From Candidatus Bathyarchaeia archaeon (lineage in GTDB: Archaea; Thermoproteota; Bathyarchaeia; Bathyarchaeales; Bathycorpusculaceae), in NCBI GenBank assembly GCA_050015395.1, contig JBEKBM010000010.1, forward strand, positions 1 through 64,000: a stretch of 64,000 bases of DNA, given 5' to 3'. Each line of letters opens with the position of its first letter. The first letter of the stretch is position 1. Below the pieces are notes generated by a model. The model was not told the origin of the DNA, searched no databases, and was given only the letters and a program-made list of their open reading frames with translations. Below are positions 60,216 through 64,000 of this stretch, piece by piece. The position numbers and the translations under genes are program-made.

Positions 60216-61307
60216 GTGAAGATTATCGAGAAGAATCTGCAGCAAGATTTCGTTAAAGTGGTTCCTGACTCGCCAGACGACCTTTGGCACCTATACAACA
60301 TCATCTATAGAGGCGACGAGGTTTACGCTTACAGTTCACGAGCCATAAAAAGTGACACTGAAACGTCGCGTCCTAAAAGTGCTGAGCGTGTTTCAGTCTT
60401 CATGGGCGTAAAAGTGGAGTCGGTTAGCTGGGATAAGTTTCTGGGTAAACTGCGGGTTCACGGGTTGATTTGTCATGCGCCTGATATTATTCCTACTGGT
60501 GCCCATCACACGCTTAGCATAGCACTGAATCAACCGTTAACTATTGTGAAGAAAGAATGGCCTAAACACATAGTGGACAGGCTTACGCGAGCGAGTGAAA
60601 CTGAGAAGCCCATGCTGATAATCTCCATTGACGACGAAGGCTTCGCCATTGCAGAAACCAAACAATACGGTGTAGAAATTAAAGTTGAAGAACGCATGAA
60701 ACTGCCTGGAAAGCTCGAAGCAGACAAACGTGTCGAAGCTACAAAAGCGTATTTTCGGCGTGCACTCAACAGTCTAAACCAACTTTGGAGTCAAAATCAT
60801 AGTCCAATCGTTGTTATCGGCGCAGGTTTTGTTAAGAGCGATTTTGCAAGATACCTCTCTGAAGAAGCGAGGGAAATGTCCAAGGCAGTTGCGGATGTGA
60901 AGAGCGTTAACAATGGTGGCACGGCAGGAATCTACGAGGCTTTGCGTTCTAGCGTTTTGTTGCGGGCTGCAAATCAACTGCGTATTGTCGAGGAAGCAGA
61001 AACTATTGAAGAAGTTTTGAAACGGTTAGGCAAAGGTGAAGGAACAGTCACGTACGGGTTAGATGCGGTGGAAAATGCCGCTAAAATGGGCGCTATTGAA
61101 AAGCTGGTGCTTGCCGACGTAACGCTTCGTGATGCGGACGAGCAGCAACGTTTGAAGCTTGAGGAGCTTATGAGGGAAGCTGAAAAGCGCGGTGCGAACG
61201 TGACTGTAATCAGCACTGAGCATGAAGCAGGCGCAAAACTGTTAGCTTTAGGCGGAATCGCCGCTTTACTACGCTTCCCAATCTACAGAGACACAACAGC
61301 ACAATAA
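60216..61307 (+). CDS. pelA: Pelota/Dom34 ribosome rescue factor
   Basis: DDLWHLYNII, HHTL, STEHEAG...LGGIAALLRF. Confidence 0.94.
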   Translation: MKIIEKNLQQDFVKVVPDSPDDLWHLYNIIYRGDEVYAYSSRAIKSDTETSRPKSAERVSVFMGVKVESVSWDKFLGKLRVHGLICHAPDIIPTGAHHTLSIALNQPLTIVKKEWPKHIVDRLTRASETEKPMLIISIDDEGFAIAETKQYGVEIKVEERMKLPGKLEADKRVEATKAYFRRALNSLNQLWSQNHSPIVVIGAGFVKSDFARYLSEEAREMSKAVADVKSVNNGGTAGIYEALRSSVLLRAANQLRIVEEAETIEEVLKRLGKGEGTVTYGLDAVENAAKMGAIEKLVLADVTLRDADEQQRLKLEELMREAEKRGANVTVISTEHEAGAKLLALGGIAALLRFPIYRDTTAQ

Positions 61308-61539
61308 TCTGAGGGGAAAGTTAGAAGCCATGTGGAACTGCACAATAATAGGTGTTTTAAGCTTTATTGTGTAGTGAAGAGTCAAAATTTTCAGTCTGGT
61401 TGGATTCGCACGCAAACAAGCCTTTGGACGCTGGTTATGGACGCGTGTTTTTTGCCTTTATTAGCGGTTGGGTGCTCCTTATAAATAGATGCTTTATATA
61501 CCCCCTGTGCTCTTTAAATACTCAAGCGCGTGAGTTGAC

Positions 61540-62109
61540 ATGAGTAAACGAAAACCAATCATTAAGATACAAAACATTGTTGCTTCTGTATCGCTTAACC
61601 AGAAAATTGACTTACAAAAAATCGTAGAAAAATTTCCTCAAACTGAGTATAACCCAAGCGTGTTTCCAGGTTTAGTTTTCAGACTTAAAAAGCCGAAAAC
61701 AGCCACTTTAATTTTTGGCACTGGCAAAATGGTTTGTACAGGCGCTAAATCAGAAAAAGAATCCCGAAGTGCCGTGGAAAAAGTCGTTAAAGAGCTGCGA
61801 GGCGAAGGAATCCAAATTACCGAAAAACCCATTGTGAAAATTCAGAACATTGTTGCCTCAGCCGAACTTGGCGGTGAAATTGACCTTGAAAGCCTCGTTT
61901 ACAAACTTAGTAAAGTCATGTATGAGCCTGAACAGTTTCCAGGTGCAGTTTACCGTATGGATGAACCTAAAGTAGTGTTCCTAATCTTCTCAGCTGGAAA
62001 ACTCGTCTGCGTAGGAGCCAAACAAGAAGGGCAAGTTTACGAAGCCGTTGACAAAATCCAGCTGCTACTCGAAGAAAAAGAACTCATCTACTACCCCGCT
62101 CCCCCTTAA
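61540..62109 (+). CDS. tbp: TATA-box binding protein
   Basis: Two IQNIVAS repeats, YEPEQFPG, IFGTGKMVCTG. Confidence 0.97.
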   Translation: MSKRKPIIKIQNIVASVSLNQKIDLQKIVEKFPQTEYNPSVFPGLVFRLKKPKTATLIFGTGKMVCTGAKSEKESRSAVEKVVKELRGEGIQITEKPIVKIQNIVASAELGGEIDLESLVYKLSKVMYEPEQFPGAVYRMDEPKVVFLIFSAGKLVCVGAKQEGQVYEAVDKIQLLLEEKELIYYPAPP

Positions 62110-62111
62110 AC

Positions 62112-62816
62112 CTATTTTTTCATTCTTCTGCGCACCGCAGGATTCAAGTCTGAGAGCTTTTTGAGCGCCAACTCAAAGGTTTCGTCTGGAGCCAATTCCT
62201 TTTTAACGAAAACTCCCGTTCTGCCCACTGTATCGCGCTTCAGAAGCGTGTGAACCCTGTCCAGCACGGTTTCAGCGGATATACCCAAAATTTTAGCCGC
62301 AAAGTCTTCTCTGCCGATGATGCTGCTCTCCACATGACCTTTATCGGTTGGTTCAATAAGCATAAGCCGTTTGTCCACGCCTGAGACCCGAACGCCTGCT
62401 TTAAGCTGGTTAAGGTTGGTTTCCCCACCGAACTGGTAAAATTCCCTCTCTACCCTGCGCATCTGCATCAGCGGAAACGAAACAGTGATTTGCTCGCTGA
62501 CTTCAATGTGCGCTTTCATAGCGTAATTCGGGGTAGCTTGAACAATTAAACGGGCATTAACTGGTATGCGTGCTTTTTCTATGGCGGTTTCTACAAGGAA
62601 ACTATTCTGCACCTCCGCAATGAACACGTCGATGTCGCTGTTCTTGTGAACGTCTCCTCTGGCTATGCTTCCATGCGCAATCGACTGCAAATGAAACGCG
62701 TCTAAGGCAACCATAATTTCTGTTGCTTTGGTTCTAAGCTCGGTTAGCAGCGTCCAGCGTGCACTATTATATGTTACTTCCTTGTAATCTGCATGTTTTG
62801 TTGGTTTAACAGCCAT
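62112..62816 (-). CDS. Predicted nucleotidyltransferase (archaeal)
   Basis: HGSIARGDVHKNSDID, GVDKRL, GRTGVF. Confidence 0.85.
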   Translation of the reverse strand: MAVKPTKHADYKEVTYNSARWTLLTELRTKATEIMVALDAFHLQSIAHGSIARGDVHKNSDIDVFIAEVQNSFLVETAIEKARIPVNARLIVQATPNYAMKAHIEVSEQITVSFPLMQMRRVEREFYQFGGETNLNQLKAGVRVSGVDKRLMLIEPTDKGHVESSIIGREDFAAKILGISAETVLDRVHTLLKRDTVGRTGVFVKKELAPDETFELALKKLSDLNPAVRRRMKK

Positions 62817-62896
62817 TTTATCCAGCCATTTAAGAAGTTAATGCGGCATTGTTTATTTAGTTTAACAGTCACTCAAATGTTGAATCGTGAAAGCCA

Positions 62897-63835
62897 ATGA
62901 CTGCGCGTGTCTGCTGCGCCTGCAAAACCAGAGAAGCCTTCTTTCATAGGCAGTATTCAGGTGAAACGCTGTGCAAAAAATGCTTCACCCAATCCATTGA
63001 AGCAAAGGTAAGAGCAACCATCACGCGCTATCACATGCTCAACTTTGATGACCATTTAGCAGTGGCAGTTTCAGGGGGCAAAGACAGCCTAAGCCTGCTG
63101 CATATTTTGGCGAAGCTGAAACGGTTTCGTCCCAAGACCACGCTTACCGCGGTAACAGTGGATGAGGGCATAAAAGGCTACAGAAATGAAGCATTAGAAA
63201 TTGCAGCTGCAAACTGCAAGAAACTCGAAATTCCCCACCACATCGTCTCATTCAAAGAGCTTTACGGCTTCACGCTTGACGAAATAATACTTAAAGCGCG
63301 GAGCAAAGGCGAAACAGAGTTAACTGCCTGCGCTTACTGCGGCGTACTTCGGCGAAAAGCCATAAACATCGGCGCAAGGCAGGTTAAAGCAGACAAAGTT
63401 GCAACTGCCCACACCTTAGACGACGAAGCGCAAACAATCCTCATGAACATTTTCCACGGCGACATCATGCGGCTGGCTAAGGAGAAACCAGTCACCAGCG
63501 AAGTGCATCCGCTACTAGTGCAGAAGATTAAGCCTTTCTGCGAAATCCCAGAGAAAGAAAGCGCCCTGTACGCTTACGTCAAAAAAATCCAGTTCCAAGA
63601 CACACCATGCCCCTACGCTTCCGAAGCATTGCGCAATGATATTCGCTGGATGCTTAACCGCATGGAAGCGAAGCATGCTGGAACAAAATTCACCGTTCTC
63701 AAATCCATAGAACGCTTAAGACCCGCATTAGAGGAAACAGCTAAAAAAGAAGTCTTCAAAACATGCGTTGAATGCGGCGAACCATCAGCTTCGGATTTAT
63801 GCAAAACATGCGAGATGCTTCGGCGCGTGCGTTAA
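62897..63835 (+). CDS. tRNA 2-thiolation protein (TtuA/NcsA/Ctu1 family)
   Basis: PP-loop SGGKDS, CAYCGVLRR, CPYA, Zn fingers at both ends. Confidence 0.9.
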   Translation: MTARVCCACKTREAFFHRQYSGETLCKKCFTQSIEAKVRATITRYHMLNFDDHLAVAVSGGKDSLSLLHILAKLKRFRPKTTLTAVTVDEGIKGYRNEALEIAAANCKKLEIPHHIVSFKELYGFTLDEIILKARSKGETELTACAYCGVLRRKAINIGARQVKADKVATAHTLDDEAQTILMNIFHGDIMRLAKEKPVTSEVHPLLVQKIKPFCEIPEKESALYAYVKKIQFQDTPCPYASEALRNDIRWMLNRMEAKHAGTKFTVLKSIERLRPALEETAKKEVFKTCVECGEPSASDLCKTCEMLRRVR

Positions 63836-63999
63836 GCCTTGCGGCTGAATCCTTGTTCGCTTTTTAGTTTGCGAAGCATTTCTGAAGCTTCAAATGGGTT
63901 GCTTGCTGAGGCTACTTGTTGCACTCGCAATAGGTCAACGTGTGCGCCGCAGTAAGGACAAACTTTTGTTCGTTGCCCCTTAGCGGTTAGCATTAGACC
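63832..63999 (-). CDS. Partial Zn-ribbon protein (DUF1922-like), starts beyond the window
   Basis: GLMLTAKGQRTKVCPYCG...EASEMLRKLK. Confidence 0.65.
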   Translation of the reverse strand, partial: GLMLTAKGQRTKVCPYCGAHVDLLRVQQVASASNPFEASEMLRKLKSEQGFSRKA

Positions 64000-64000
64000 G

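Overview
Archaeal chromosomal window, most likely Bathyarchaeia (inferred from TBP, pelota, an ESCRT-III/CdvB homolog, HerA/NurA, BRE/TATA promoters and a complex I-like group 4 [NiFe]-hydrogenase). Housekeeping genes (ABC transporters, alkA, pyrH, proBA, hppA, pelota, tbp, tRNA thiolase) surround an accessory defence/repair island at about 8.0-30.6 kb. The island holds several toxin-antitoxin loci (three with a crippled toxin), a class II-like DISARM cluster (vsr-drmMII-drmA-drmB-drmC) with an orphan 528-aa gene where drmE would be expected, a truncated restriction-endonuclease-like gene, an IS630 element and an MrfB-MrfA-like pair. Features not in the ORF track, found by reading the DNA: a vapBC cassette bracketed by ~110-bp direct repeats; a dispersed intergenic repeat family with a 48-bp identical core 19 kb apart; a 10-bp-phased GCGT array; a 27-aa acidic Cys-rich micropeptide with its own promoter and terminator; a desulforedoxin-like mini-protein; a dense operator between nurA-herA and a divergent wHTH gene; three possible near-cognate start codons; and many gene remnants. 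No rRNA, tRNA or CRISPR array was seen. All family calls come from motif recognition by eye; no searches were run.
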